In this document: positions 40,801 through 54,890 of the stretch, in pieces
Position numbering within the stretch: the first letter of the stretch is position 1
Layout: each line of letters starts with the position of its first letter
Origin: the human T2T-CHM13v2.0 reference genome, Homo sapiens
Assembly: GCF_009914755.1 (NCBI RefSeq)
Contig: NC_060930.1
Length of the DNA: 64,000 bases
Strand: one strand, 5' to 3'
Position numbers and translations under genes: made by a program
The notes under the pieces: model-generated
The model's input: only the letters and a program-made list of their open reading frames with translations
Databases searched by the model: none
What the model was told of the DNA's origin: nothing

Positions 40801-40894
40801 AGAGAGGGATCCAGCCCACTCACCAGGTACACTTCCCAAAGTACTTCTATCCAACCCTAAATCCTAGTAAGAAAAGAAGTGCACGCTCTCAAAG

Positions 40895-41142
40895 AGGGCT
40901 AAAGGAAATAAAAACATGGGATAGCGCCAGAACCCTGGGTTCAAATCCCAGCTGTAGCACTTACTAGCTGGGATGACCTTTGATAAAGTGATAGGCTTCT
41001 CAGTGCCTCGGTTTTGTCGTCTGTAAAATGGGAGATAATAACTCACCTCACGGGGTTCTTGGGGGAATTAATACAAATAAAGCATTTGAAATAGTTCCTC
41101 GCACACAAAAAGTGCTGTGTAAACCTTGGTTATTATTATTAT
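40895..41142 (+). mobile_element. MIR, near full length
   Basis: CCTGGGTTCAAATCCCAGCTG...TGCCTCGGTTTTGTCGTCTGTAAAATGGGAGATAATAA. Confidence 0.88.
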
Positions 41143-41339
41143 TAAAGTATGAGTTCATTGAAGGAAAATGCTGTACCTCATTTTTATGGATTTCCCTAGG
41201 CTTAACGTAGTGCCTATGTTACTCCCAGAATATATTATCATAATTCAATTTTCAGGTGACTATATTTTGGTTTCATATCAATACTTTAGTCAAAGTGCCC
41301 TCTCATCATCTAAGGCTGATATAATTTTGGGGTTTTGCC

Positions 41340-42000
41340 AGGTCTGATTGAAAAAGAATATATGCTGCAGTTTTGGGATACTGCCTTTTTGTCTTCTTAT
41401 TTTATCAGCTACAGAGAGGTATTTTTAAATCTACATGTATGATTGTGAATTTTTCTAGTTTAAACAATTTTTGTTTTATATATTTTAAAGATACATTATT
41501 AGATGCATATACATTTAGAATTGTGTTTTCCTGCTGAATTGACCCTTTTTATCATGAAATGTCACTCTATATATCTAGTATTATTCTTTGTCTTAAAGTA
41601 TACTTTGTTTGTAACATAGCTGTGCCAGCTTTCCTTTGGTTAGTGTTTGCATGGTATACATTTACCATCCTTTGACTTTCACCCTATCTGCGTCCTTATA
41701 TTTAATGTGTATCCTACAAACAGGAATTATTTGGGATAATTAAAAATTATTCTTTCAACCCAGAGAACTTACTTCAGTAATTCTTGTATTGCAGGTCTGC
41801 TAATGACAGCTTTGTTCAACTTCTAATTGACTGAAAATGTCTGGTTTGCTATAATTTTTGAAAATTCTTTTAGAATACAGAATTCTAGACTAGCAGGTTT
41901 GTTTTCGTTAGCACTTAAAAATATCATTCCATTAACTTCTGCTTTCATAATTCTTGTTGAAAAGTTTGCTATTTATCTTAGGGTTGCTCTTTGAAGAAGA
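41340..42000 (-). mobile_element. Old L1M fragment
   Basis: GAATTGACCCTTTTTATCATGAAATG...CCAGCTTTCCTTTGGTTAGTGTTTGCATGGTATA. Confidence 0.7.
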
Positions 42001-42029
42001 TTAGTCTGAAGCACATGTTTCTTATATGT

Positions 42030-42180
42030 CTATATTTTACAACTTCCTCCATCATGTTATGTAAGCTACTTAGTGGCAGGGATCATGTGCGACTTGTTCA
42101 TCAGCAGCATCTGGAATTGTGCCTGGCACATCTATATTCAAGGCATATTTTTTAAAGCATTTATAAATAAATGAATGAAT
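42030..42180 (+). mobile_element. L2 3' end
   Basis: GGCAGGGATCATG...GTGCCTGGCACAT...AATGAATGAAT. Confidence 0.65.
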
Positions 42181-43224
42181 TGTACATCATGAGCACAAGG
42201 CAATGAGCACAAAGTAGCCACTCACCAAAGAGTGAATAAATTAAGTCATTGTTCCTGGACAAGATCTCTACTGTTATTTCTAAGTTCACAATACCATTCA
42301 GACTGTCGCATAGACCTGTAGCTTAAATTAAATTTGACCACTGCATAAACATTTTCTTGACCACTTATAGTAGTTTTGAAAAATTCTACTTACTTGTATA
42401 TTAAATATCTTGATAACATCTGAAAATATGACGTTAGTGATTCTTTTTAGGTTATTTATTACATTGAAGATGAGCCAAGCCAAAATGTGTTCTTTTGGAA
42501 TTAGCTTTCAAACAAATGTACTTCATAATGTAATCTCCAAAGAATGAAACTCTTTTAGACACAGATATTAAAAGAAGTTTCAGGTGATTTTAATGAAATA
42601 AATTTGGTGGTCATCCCCGCATCAGTTTTAACAACCATAAGAGCCAGACTTACAGATAGCTGACATTTCTTCTCCTTGTCAAAGGGAAGGAAGACCCTGT
42701 ATTTTAAAACAGATCTGTCTTGCAGTTTACTCTCAGCTACTTTTTGCAGCCTCAGGACATTTCATCATCTTGTTGGTTTATAAATGTTACAGAATAACCT
42801 TAAGTTGCACCTAAGTGGTTACTTTACAATGCAAGAAGCGAGCCATTGAAGTTCAAATGTTTATTCAACCTCTAGTTCTTTGATGACATGATGAAAAAGA
42901 GATATGCTATGCATTAGTTGGAGAGGACTACTGATGTGCCATATCTGATAAAGGGTGTAGAAAATTATGGAGAAATGAAAAACCTGACCATTTCTTTCTG
43001 AGTCATAATTTAAAATGTAGCTTCATCTTTTGAATTCCTAAAACAGCAACCATTTTCAAACATAAGCATGAAGGGTGCTATAGAGTTCACCACGTAGTCT
43101 TTGGATAATCCACATCCTGGAACTTATCTAACACTGAAAAGACCTGACACTTGGCTATCTTAGTATTTTGAAGCATTCGTCTGAAACCAAGTTGTCTTAA
43201 AAGCAGGAACAGAAATGAATACCT

Positions 43225-43560
43225 TATTTGTTTATTCAGCAAATATTTGTTGGTCACCTATTATGCGCTTAGGTTCTTGGGATGGAGTGGTGAATAAAAT
43301 AGTCAAAATCAAAATGGTCAAGCAACTCACATTCAGTGGGAAAGCCTGAGAAGAGGGACAGAGCGTAGGCAGTGTGCCATGATCAGGAAAGTGCCCTGAA
43401 CAGGAAAGGGCAGGTTACAAAGCTGGCAAGAATGGAATGTACAGGAGTCAGCCAGATGATGGTAGGGCAGAGACTGTGGGGTAGGGATGGAGAAGGTGGG
43501 GTGGAGATGAGGAACATTCACAATGAGGCAAGTGATTTTATAGGAACTAGGAGCATGGAG
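43225..43560 (-). mobile_element. L2 3' portion
   Basis: TTATTCAGCAAATATTTGTTGGTCACCTATTATG... purine-rich antisense L2 text. Confidence 0.55.
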
Positions 43561-43739
43561 ATAGCAAAACTTTTTAACTATGAACACATTCCCCACTGTA
43601 ATGGATGCCATCTGAGGCAGACAAGAACCCATAAAGAGAACAGTTCTAGCTCTGTGGAAATTCCTGTCTGTGGAAATTCCCATGGACCTGTTGTTACTGA
43701 TACTTATTTCTTATAAGTGTCTATTAATATGGTAATACC

Positions 43740-43960
43740 AGCAACTATTTGTTGCATGATTGCTGTATCAAAGACATTACCCTGAGGGTTGTGGAGACCA
43801 ACTCATCTCATCCTCTACTAACCTAATGAGGTGAGCACTTTCTTTCCATATAATAGATATGGCCAAAAAGCCTTAGGCAGGGTAATTTGCTCAAGTTCAC
43901 AGAACTAATAAATTGTGGAGCCAAGGTATTAACCTGGTTCTGCCAGATAGCAGAACTATT
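43740..43960 (-). mobile_element. MIR
   Basis: CTCATCTCATCCTCTAC...GTAATTTGCTCAAGTTCACAG...GGAGCCAAGG. Confidence 0.6.
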
Positions 43961-46614
43961 GTATTTGGTAGAGGTCAAAATATGTGACTAAGTATACAGA
44001 ATTATTCAACAATTATTTATCCAGTATCTACCATGGCCAGGAACTACACTAAAATCATAGATCCAAGGAAACGTTAAACAATTTCTGGCCCCATCCTCTC
44101 ATTTTAGGTGTGAGAAAACTGAGGCTCACAGGAGCTCACAGGAGCTGAAGACTTAATAATATGCCATACTATCTGTGTCAACCATGAATGGGAGAGAAAA
44201 CATAAAAAGAACAGAAGAAATAATGGAACTGTGGATTTTAATTTTAAAACATTTAAAAGATTGAGGGTGTAAATATTCCCTCAAAGTTGCCCCTCTTTTC
44301 TTCAGTTAGTCACCCAGAATGAAAATGCATTAGAGGAAAGTTTAAATCAAAATCAGTTAAATGACATCAACTTTTCTCTCCAAAAATGCTTTTAAGGTGA
44401 AGATCGTAGCTTGTATGTCTTTGTGTTTTTGCATTTTTACAATATGCTCTTAGGTACCCTTCCTGGAGTAATCCTTCGATGTGTTTATAATGACTTCTAT
44501 AGACTGGCTGGAGATTGGTCTACTTAAAAATGGCAACCGAAAGAAGCAAGACCTTCCCAACAAACGACTCTTGGCTTTTCACTGGAGTCAGGAAGACTTT
44601 AAACATTCCCCACACTGGTCCACCAAACACTGGAATTTGCCATTACCATGGCATCACATGAGATGCATTCACTAAATTAACATCTGGGTATGATTATCAG
44701 TTTCTTTTCATCTGGAGTATTCATTTTTAAAGTTTGACCCATACTTCCCATTTACTTTCCAGAAGGTAAATAAGATTCCAAATGTTTTAAGCAACCTGTG
44801 GCACAGGCACCAACCTGGCTCCATTCTTGGAAACCACGCACGAGAGGAAAACCTCTATAAGCTAAGTTACACCCAAGTAATTTGGGCAAATTGCAGTGGG
44901 GAAGGAGATCAGGGCATATTAATTACTTGGCAAGGGTGTTCTTTATATAAACCACAAAGGTAAACCTTAATCCAGTTCCAGGAATGTCTGACTAATAGGC
45001 CATGATTTATGGGAAGTTCTTGGCCATGATAATTCTTGTCTTTGGCCAGTAAGAAATCAATGATCCAGAGCAACTATTTTCAAAGTATGTTCCCTAGAAA
45101 GTTGACAGAAAATTAATGTGGAAAAAAAAAATAACCTTAAACAAATGTGTTGCAAGCAAATAGGTTTGGTGAAATCTAAGGCCAAGGAGTTTTTCTACTG
45201 ACAATAGTTTAGAATGGTCAACGATCTATGGTGTATTGAGCCTCTCCAAACTTATTTAAAGACAGCCTTTCTTTTGCAGGGTAATCTCACCTTTATCTTT
45301 CCCTTGCTGTAGGTCCTCATGTCCTAGGCCCAGTCCCTAACCACTCTAACATTTACCTCTCTCCTTTAAAAAATAGAATAACACTTCATATCATGGGGTT
45401 AATATGAGGATTAAGTGTACTTTATATACATCTGTAGTTGCCCTGTAAATGATAAAGTATTAGAAAAATGTCTGTGTTTTTAGGCAGGGCCATAACCCTG
45501 GTGGTGAATTAAAATATATGTCTCTTCACACTTTTTAGCTCTATTTAGACATGTATATAGTCCTTTATGGCTTAAAAATGTGTCTTTCTTGAGCAACTTC
45601 ATCCCTGCTTAAGCTACTTTGGCCTCTGTTTCTTAAAATTCTGCCCATGGCCTCATTGTTGCATTTGCCCTGCCTGTTGCAGTACACACATGTACACAGC
45701 ATTTTTCCAAGGTGTAAAATTTTGAGGAAAAATGGGATTAAACAATGTTCAACAAATGTCACATGTGTTGGTTCAGCCGGACGTCTCAGAGCCTTCATTA
45801 CACATAGCATTATGAGACTCTAACAGGGAAATATAACTTGCAGCATATACTTGCATAACATGCAGGGAAATATAACTTGTAGCATCTTTTCCAAATTTAT
45901 TTTACAATGGAATTCCTTTTGTCCTGTGATATCTATGAGTACCAGTGGTTTGCAGAACACACCTTTGGAAAAGCTGCTGTATAGGCTTGGTAGAAATCAA
46001 ATGGCTTCGCTGAGAAGGAACATCTCAGAGACTATATCTCCAGTAATCTCACATTATTCCTTGATATTGATCTATAGTTTAAGTATGACACTTAAACCTA
46101 AGTATGAAATTATGGAAGTAAAATGTACAAATTGCAACCAGTTTAGTTACATATCATAAAAAGGTTTTGACAATGTCATAGCTAAACAACTTCACAGATA
46201 ACATCTTGGGTAACTTAAGTTTGCAGAGTATAAAGTAACTGAATAAGTTGAGTTTTCTGATTAACTTAGATAAAATATTGGGCTAGACATGTCTGTAAAA
46301 TTCTATAAGTATACTTTTTAGGCTTTGTCAACTCAGTAAATAAACATATTTGAAGCATATTTTGATGATTCAGGATCTTTATCTGTGCAGGATGTTCATT
46401 TTATTCAGTGACTATTAGGTAGTCCTACAGAAGTAGAGGGTTCTGGGAGTTTGCCTAGAATATGTACTGATCCACAACATATGTTAGAAGCTTTTTAAAA
46501 AAAAATTAACAAAAGCTTATTTTCTATGTATTTGTATAATATAACACCTCATGGGTTTAGGCAAGCCAGTAATTATTATCTCTTCTATATCCCACTATCA
46601 GTGAACCTACGACA

Positions 46615-47570
46615 CTGATAGTCTTTGGCTGGTGCAGCTCTCTGTACCACATGACTTGCCTCCTCCCTACTCAACCCCAAAACCCCAGTTATTTTCAGTT
46701 ATAGATGATTAGACCAGGCTAGATACTTGACCTGAGCTTGAGCAATCAGATTCCTTCTCATCAGAATTTGGAAATGAAGACTAAATGTTTGGGTCAGTTG
46801 GACAATGATGAGTGTTTGTGATATTGATTTGGGGACAAGAGAGGGCAAAGCTACCCAAGCCCCTGAGAGTAAATGATTCATCTGTTAGCACACAGATTCA
46901 ACCACTGTATTAAAGACAAAATAAAATGCCTCAAAAAAGGTAGGAGATATTGTTTTTCTCGAACCCAGACTTGAGATAGCAATTTCCCATTGCTGGGGAC
47001 CTAGACTTCTGGCCTACTCATTGTTAGGGTGGCTCAGTCCAAAATAGCTTACTACTATACTTATGTCGCAGTCAAAAGGATGCAGAAAGGAGGCTGTCCT
47101 CTCCTATGACGACAAAGTTACATATGCCACGTGTACATGAATCCAGAACTTGATTGAGTGGCCACACCTAGCTGCAAGGGAGTCCAGAAAATATAACGTT
47201 TACCAAGGAGGCCATGTGTCCAACTAAACAAAAGGGCTCTATTGTTAAAGGAAGAAAAAAAGAATGGATATTGAAGAACAACTAGCAGTCTACCACAGGA
47301 TGTGAATAAGCTGAGAAAAAAGGTACTCAGAGAATCAGTAGAGAGAAGTCAACAGGCAGCAAGAAGCAGAAATGACAGAGAGACAGAGTCAGAATCAGAG
47401 AGTCAGGGAGTGGTTGTCTGTGACTTCCCATTTCCTGGACATCCATCTGTCCTTACTACATAGAAACTGGCTTCTGTGAAATTTATCATCTGTAGCCTTT
47501 CAACAAGCCCCACTGTTTCTTGAACTAAACTGAGTATGTTTATCTTTTTTGCAACTGAAATAATGCAGAT
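46615..47570. mobile_element. Old MLT1 LTR (+) apparently interrupted by an MLT1J-like LTR (-, ~46900-47297)
   Basis: CAATCAGATTCCTTCTC...AGAATTTGGAA; GGCCACACCTAGCTGCAAGGGAG...ACTAGCAGTCTACCACA. Confidence 0.55.
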
Positions 47571-47579
47571 AACATGTAT

Positions 47580-47810
47580 TGTATTTATTGAGCACTTAAA
47601 ATATGTTAGGCATTGTGGTAAGTGCTTTCCATGGACTGTTTTGTTTAAACCTCATAGCAATTCCATGAGGTAATTTCTGTTCATTCTCAATTTTTGTGCC
47701 TGAGAAAAATGAGGCTTGGAAAAGCCTCACTGTTAGCAGGTAGCAGAGCATAATTTGAACCTGAACTCTAAAGTCTTGCTCCACATTGATGATCTTTACC
47801 ACCACTGAAG
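47580..47810 (-). mobile_element. MIR
   Basis: ATTTATTGAGCACTT...TTTAAACCTCATAGCAA...GAGAAAAATGAGGCTT...ATTTGAACC. Confidence 0.7.
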
Positions 47811-49314
47811 TCAGGCATGAGCTTGCAGACCTATGGTAGGATGAGGCCAGGCAAGGCTGGGGCCTGAGACCAGGCTGACTCATTAAAATGAGGTAGGTAC
47901 TGAGGAACAACACACAGTGATATGTCCTGGCAAGAAGCCCAGTTGGAGGCAGGAACTCGATGTCTGGGGCCACACAGGTAGGCTGTTGAGCGTATCTAAC
48001 CTGCAGAGTTGGGGTTGTCCATTAGGCATAGTGATGATCAATTCATGAGTAGACAGGAAGGCTGGCAGGTGGACATCAGTGGATAAGCTTATCAACGGGA
48101 TTCTTGGAAAACGACTCAATATGTTGTTGAAAGTCATCCAATTATTCTACTATCAAGAGTTAAACAGTAAACTGATAAGGTTAGGTAACTAAGAGGTTAG
48201 GGCACTAAGAAAAGCCTCACAAAGGCATGGCAGGGTCTGTGAACTAGGCAGGTTATGATAATCCTTTGCTCCTTCCAGGAAGTTGAAGGGCTCCAGTTAT
48301 AGCAGGTTAATTGCACTTGAATAATTTTAGTTTATACCAAATCATGTTGACTTCTGACTCCTTGGTAAGGTCTAGCCCTATGACTTCTTGCTTAGAGGCT
48401 TGTCTGTTACCACACCTCCTGTCTTTGTATGACCCAAACAACATGAAGCAGTCCCACTGTTGGAACTTAAGACAATTTTCACCAAGCAGCTCATAGGACT
48501 ACAGATTGAAGTCATTGGAGAAAAGGTCTTTCTCCTAAGCAGATCTACACAAACCCTAACTGGTATCAAGGGAAAATGTTTACTATGTTTACCTCTTCAT
48601 AGTAGAATAATTGGATGACTTTCAATAATTGGATGAGTTTAAGGAATGAGAATTCCAACAGTCACAGATTCTAGAAGTGGTACATAGTGAGAGTGATTCC
48701 ATAAGTTGACCTAAGAGCAAAGGGTTCTGAAGTTTCCAAAGAGAGATAAATTGACTTAGTTTCTACGCATTTTAAATTGCTAATCTTCCCCACTATTGTT
48801 TCTACTCATTTTGCTGCTAGTCTCATAATTATCTTGCCTCTCCAGCTGCATATGTATCTTTAACATAGCATTCACCAGCTGGCATATCTTCAGATAATTT
48901 TTAGTAGAATTCTAGAACTACAGAAATCAGCCTCCAAAGGTTTTCCAACAAGCCTTGAACCAAATATTTGCCAATATGTGTTCCTGCTTGTAGAAGGCGT
49001 TTGAGGGTGAAGTAGGAAAGATATTTTCTTCTACCCTGTTCCTGACAGGCTAGAGAAATATGAAGGGTAAAAAGAGAGACACATTGCTTTCACAGCTGTA
49101 AGAAGGAAAGGGGATTTGTGATTGGATCAGAGAGCCTGAAGTGCAAATAATAATTAACAGAGGATAAAACCTTAGAGAACTAACTGTGGTGATTACCCCA
49201 GAGATAGCCCAATCTAGGATACTATTGAGACAAGCCTTTTAAGTTATAATAGAGAGTGAATAAGATGTATTAATAACATTCATTAATAAGATTAATTTTT
49301 CCAAAAATTTAGGT

Positions 49315-49470
49315 CAGTAGTTCTCAACACTGGCTGCACATTAGAATCCCCATGCTCTGGCTACAGTTAAATCAATTAAGTAAAAGCCTCTGGGGGTGAG
49401 GCCTAGACATCAGTCTTTTAAAAAATCTACCCAGCCAATGCCAATCTACAGCCAAAGTTGAGAACCACTG
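49315..49470. mobile_element. MER5A (hAT-Charlie MITE) with 8-bp TSD
   Basis: TIRs CAGTAGTTCTCAAC / GTTGAGAACCACTG; TSD ATTTAGGT / ATTTAGGG. Confidence 0.85.
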
Positions 49471-50061
49471 ATTTAGGGATATTGGGAAAGGAAGATAGAA
49501 AAGGTGAGCACAAATTAACTGGAGCCTGATTAGGTAGTTTCAGAATTCAAGAGTTGGCAAAAGTGGAAGTATTGATCATCTACAAGGGAATATCCAATAA
49601 ACATCCTCCAGTGGAAGATGCAGGTGAAGCCTGGCAGAGGAGAAGCAGAAGGATAACAAAAGATCTAGGCCTGATTAGCGAACCTTTCATTGACAGGGTT
49701 TGTTTAAACAATGGATGTCTTTAGGAGACCCAGAACTTTCTGACTTGTCTCTCCCTCTCTAGGGTACCCACATAAGGCAGAATCTGGAGGACTGTGTCAG
49801 ACAGAAAGTAAAGAGAGTTAAGGTAGTAAAGACACCATGATTCAGCAGTGTCTTTACAGCTTGTAGAAATGGCAAGAACTAACCTCAGAAGCAGATGACG
49901 ATTTTACACATTCAGCAGAAAGAAGTAGGGAAATGAAATATTACTGATATATTCCCCTATTACAAATAGACATGTGGCCTAAAGAAGGGGGGCCAAATGT
50001 TTCTGTTACTGCCGAAGCTGGCAAGGTATTCAAGGTCTGTAATAGGCAAAGGCTAAGGACA

Positions 50062-50872
50062 AAATGGTCAACAAGCACATGAAAAGATTCTTAATATCAG
50101 CCATTTCTAGAGAAAGGCAAATCAAACCCACAATGAAACCTCACACCCGTTAGGATGGCTACTATCAAAAATGAAACAAATCAAACAAAAAATCCAGAAA
50201 ATAACTAGTGCTATTTTTGGAAACTTGTGCACCATTGGCGGGAATATAAAATGATACAGCCACCACTATGGAAAACAGTGTGGAGGTTCTTTAAAACATT
50301 TAAAAAAGATTTATCATATAAGCTAACAATTCTACTTCTGAGTAGATATCCAAAAGAACTCAAAGAAAGGTTTCAGAAATATCTGTGTACCCATGTTTAT
50401 ATCAGCATTATTCATAATAGCCAAGAGGTGGAAGCAACCCAAATATCTATTGATAGATGAATAGATAAAGAAAGTGTGGCCTTATACATACAACAGAATA
50501 TTCAACCTTAAAAAGAAAGAAAATTCTGACAGGTGCTGTAACATGGATGAGTCTCAAGTACTTTATGCTAAGCCAATAGCAAAAAGACAGATACTGTATG
50601 ATCCTACTTATATATGTACTTACAGGAGTCAAACTGATAGAGATAGAAAGTAAATGGTGGTTGCCAGGGCTTGTGAGGAGGAGAACATGTGGAGTTATTG
50701 TTTAATGGGTACAGAGTTTCAGTTTTGCAAGATGGAAGAGTTACGAAGATAAATGGTGATGATGGTTGCACAACCACGTGGATGGATTTAATACCACTGA
50801 GCTGTACCTTTAAAAATGATTAATTTGGTACATTTTATGTTCTGTGTATTTACCACAATTAAAATTTTAAAA
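50062..50872 (+). mobile_element. L1MB-like ORF2 end and 3'UTR
   Basis: CCACTATGGAAAACAGTGTGGAGG; AATGGGTACAGAGTTTCAGTTTTGCAAGATG; TGTGTATTTACCACAATTAAAA. Confidence 0.88.
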
Positions 50873-51690
50873 ATATATATGACCAGATATTTTTAAGTGC
50901 AAAAAACCAAGGTGGAGTATAGTTTATATCATAGTCAAACACTTTGGGGGTAAGAAAGGGGGATAAAATTTAGCATAATCTGTGTTATGACTTACTTTAT
51001 TTGTATGTATACACACACTACACACACATTCATATCAAGAACCATTAGAAGAACAGAAAATGAATAAAATGAGAGAGGCGGAACTAAGACTTCTCAGGTA
51101 CACATTACTTACAGTATTGACTTTTGAATCATGTAAATGAATTGCTTATTAACAATAATATTAAGACATTTTTAAAAAGTTGAGAAGAGGCAACGTTCGA
51201 GGAGAAGCTGGTGAAGCAAGAGCCTCCCTGGGCCTCTTGGGGGCCTTAGGATTTAATGGACATATGAGCAGTGGCTTCATTCCAGGTGTTTGCAGCTCCC
51301 ATTTGTATCTGGCTGAGACGAATGTGAACTAAAAAGAAAAACACTCCTGGGCAAGACGGTGCAAGGGCCTAAGAATTCCCGAGCGGGAGGGGGTGGAGCA
51401 GCTACCTTGGTATAGGACTAACAGGGCCCAGCATCTTGCTGAGGATGGAAGAGTACAGAGGACTGGAGGGGTGGGAGTGTGCTTGGAGAACTGCCTGCCA
51501 TATATGAAGGAAGCCATGGTCCCAAGAGGGAGTGAAGGCCACATCATCCTGGAGGAGCAGGGAACATGGGGCTCAAAGGGGAAAGAGCAAAACATAAAGG
51601 AAGAATCCTAGAGTGTCACAAATGCCACTCTTTCCAAGAGGATTCAGTGTGATAGGGATCCCCTCCCTCTATATGGAAATACAGTGTCCC

Positions 51691-52011
<321 letters not shown>

Positions 52012-52239
52012 CTAGACCAGCTCTCTGTATGGAATTAAGTTCACAAACTGCATACTTGCTCTAGACTCCAGCTCAGGTTGACCAGCAACCTGGCCGGCTT
52101 GAAACCAAGGACATCGTCCTTGTGCTCTGCATTTCCTTCTATTTCTTCCCCAAGGCAATGTTATTTTACCACTTGGGGCTTTGGTTGGCAAAGCAACGTG
52201 GGTCTGATGAGGAGAATATATTTTTCCAGGAAAATTGTT

Positions 52240-53060
<821 letters not shown>

Positions 53061-54124
53061 TTTGAGGGAAGGCAGGTTTCCACCAGTTAAAATAACGAAA
53101 GCATTTCATAAAATCGGGTATTTTACTTACATATTGGTTTTGCAAAAATATCATAGTTTTGGTCTCCGCTTCTACTGGAACGTTTTCAAGCATTTCTCAC
53201 AATTGTAACCTAGAAATATGTCTACAGACACATAATTACATGAAACACATGCGGGACTGATTCTTCAGGCCCTGGGCAGCCTGTGTTCCGTTCCGGCACC
53301 CAGACGGGAATTGTATTTACAGTCTTCACAACAGTCTCCAGTAAACAGATCACACTGTGTGGGAGAACCACATTTGAAAGGGGCCTCAGCTGAACTTTCA
53401 TTATTTGTCAATTTTCAGCATGAAGCCACTTCTTAATGAATTTCATGGGACAGGTCGTTAATACCATGTGCTATAAGATATCCACTAAAGAAGAATTTTC
53501 CTAAAGTGTTTTATTCAGAAACTTTAAGAAATATTTCCAGAGCGATGGTTTTATCAACTTCAAAATAGGGCCAACTTTTAACTTGTCTTGTGTGAGTTGG
53601 AGGATATTGCAGAAGCTGTCATAAATCCCATCTCTAAGAAAAACACTCCCATTGCCTTATTCTTTTGGGACAAAACACAAAATATATTTAACATGCTGCA
53701 TCTTGGGGGTTAAAAATTCTAGAATTCTTGACAGAAACACAATCCTTTATAGAGATGTGTTTCCAAGGATCCCCACCAACATAGTTCAAGAAACCTTCAT
53801 AAGGAGTAATTTGTTGTTCTCTTTTGTACCCTCCACTGTCCCATGTACCTACCAGAAGCTGGTGAGCAGTGAGGTGATCCTGCCAAAGGAATAAAAAACA
53901 AGGAATGGAAAGAAAACTTTAAAGAGCTGCTGTTCCTTAAAGCCAAGAACTGTAGAGTCATTCATTTTCCCCCTACACCTAGCCCAGCTCTGGACTCAAA
54001 GGAGACAGCCATGAAGATGATGAAATCACAACCCCTCTCAGATCCTCAATACCACATCTCCATGGGAGCACTGATATTTTCGATTACCAGCACCTGGAAA
54101 TACAATCGTTCTCAAGGAGGATTG

Positions 54125-54620
<496 letters not shown>

Positions 54621-54744
54621 GATACTTTCAAGGCAGCCATCTTAAGAACAGATGTAATGAATAAAAAATTCTTCCTTATGATGAAATAAAACCTTGTCTT
54701 CTACCCATTGGTGGTCCTTCAAATATTCAGAAAGCTACAGAGTC

Positions 54745-54890
54745 ATTAAAGTCAGAGAGACTTGGGTTTGGTTCTGTTACTATGTGACCTTGGGCAGTTT
54801 ATTTAACCTCTCTTTTTTCTGGTCTCTAAAATGGGCTATAATACCTGCATTACAGGAAAACCATGATTATTATAAGCTCAAATGATCTTA
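54745..54890 (+). mobile_element. MIR
   Basis: TATGTGACCTTGGGCAGTTTATTTAACCTCTC...TAAAATGGG. Confidence 0.7.

Larger units (their letters stand above)
36924..40832 (-). pseudogene. RCC2: Processed (intronless) pseudogene of RCC2/TD-60: 5'UTR, CDS, ~2.3-kb 3'UTR and poly(A) remnant; possibly RCC2P7 (unverified)
   Basis: RCC2 peptides without introns. Minus-strand AATAAA at 36949-36954 and T8 at 36924-36931. TSD TTCCCAAATTATTTTT (36913-36928) / TTCCCAAAGTACTTCT (40833-40848). Confidence 0.96.

Noticed and set aside
39683-40967. Plus-strand ORFs (88-180 aa) over the pseudogene
   Set aside because: Antisense shadows of GC-rich RCC2 coding sequence; the longest runs into a MIR.
44380-44700. Possible exon(s) with AG/GT boundaries in unique sequence
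   Set aside because: No recognisable protein, and splice-like dinucleotides alone are not enough evidence.
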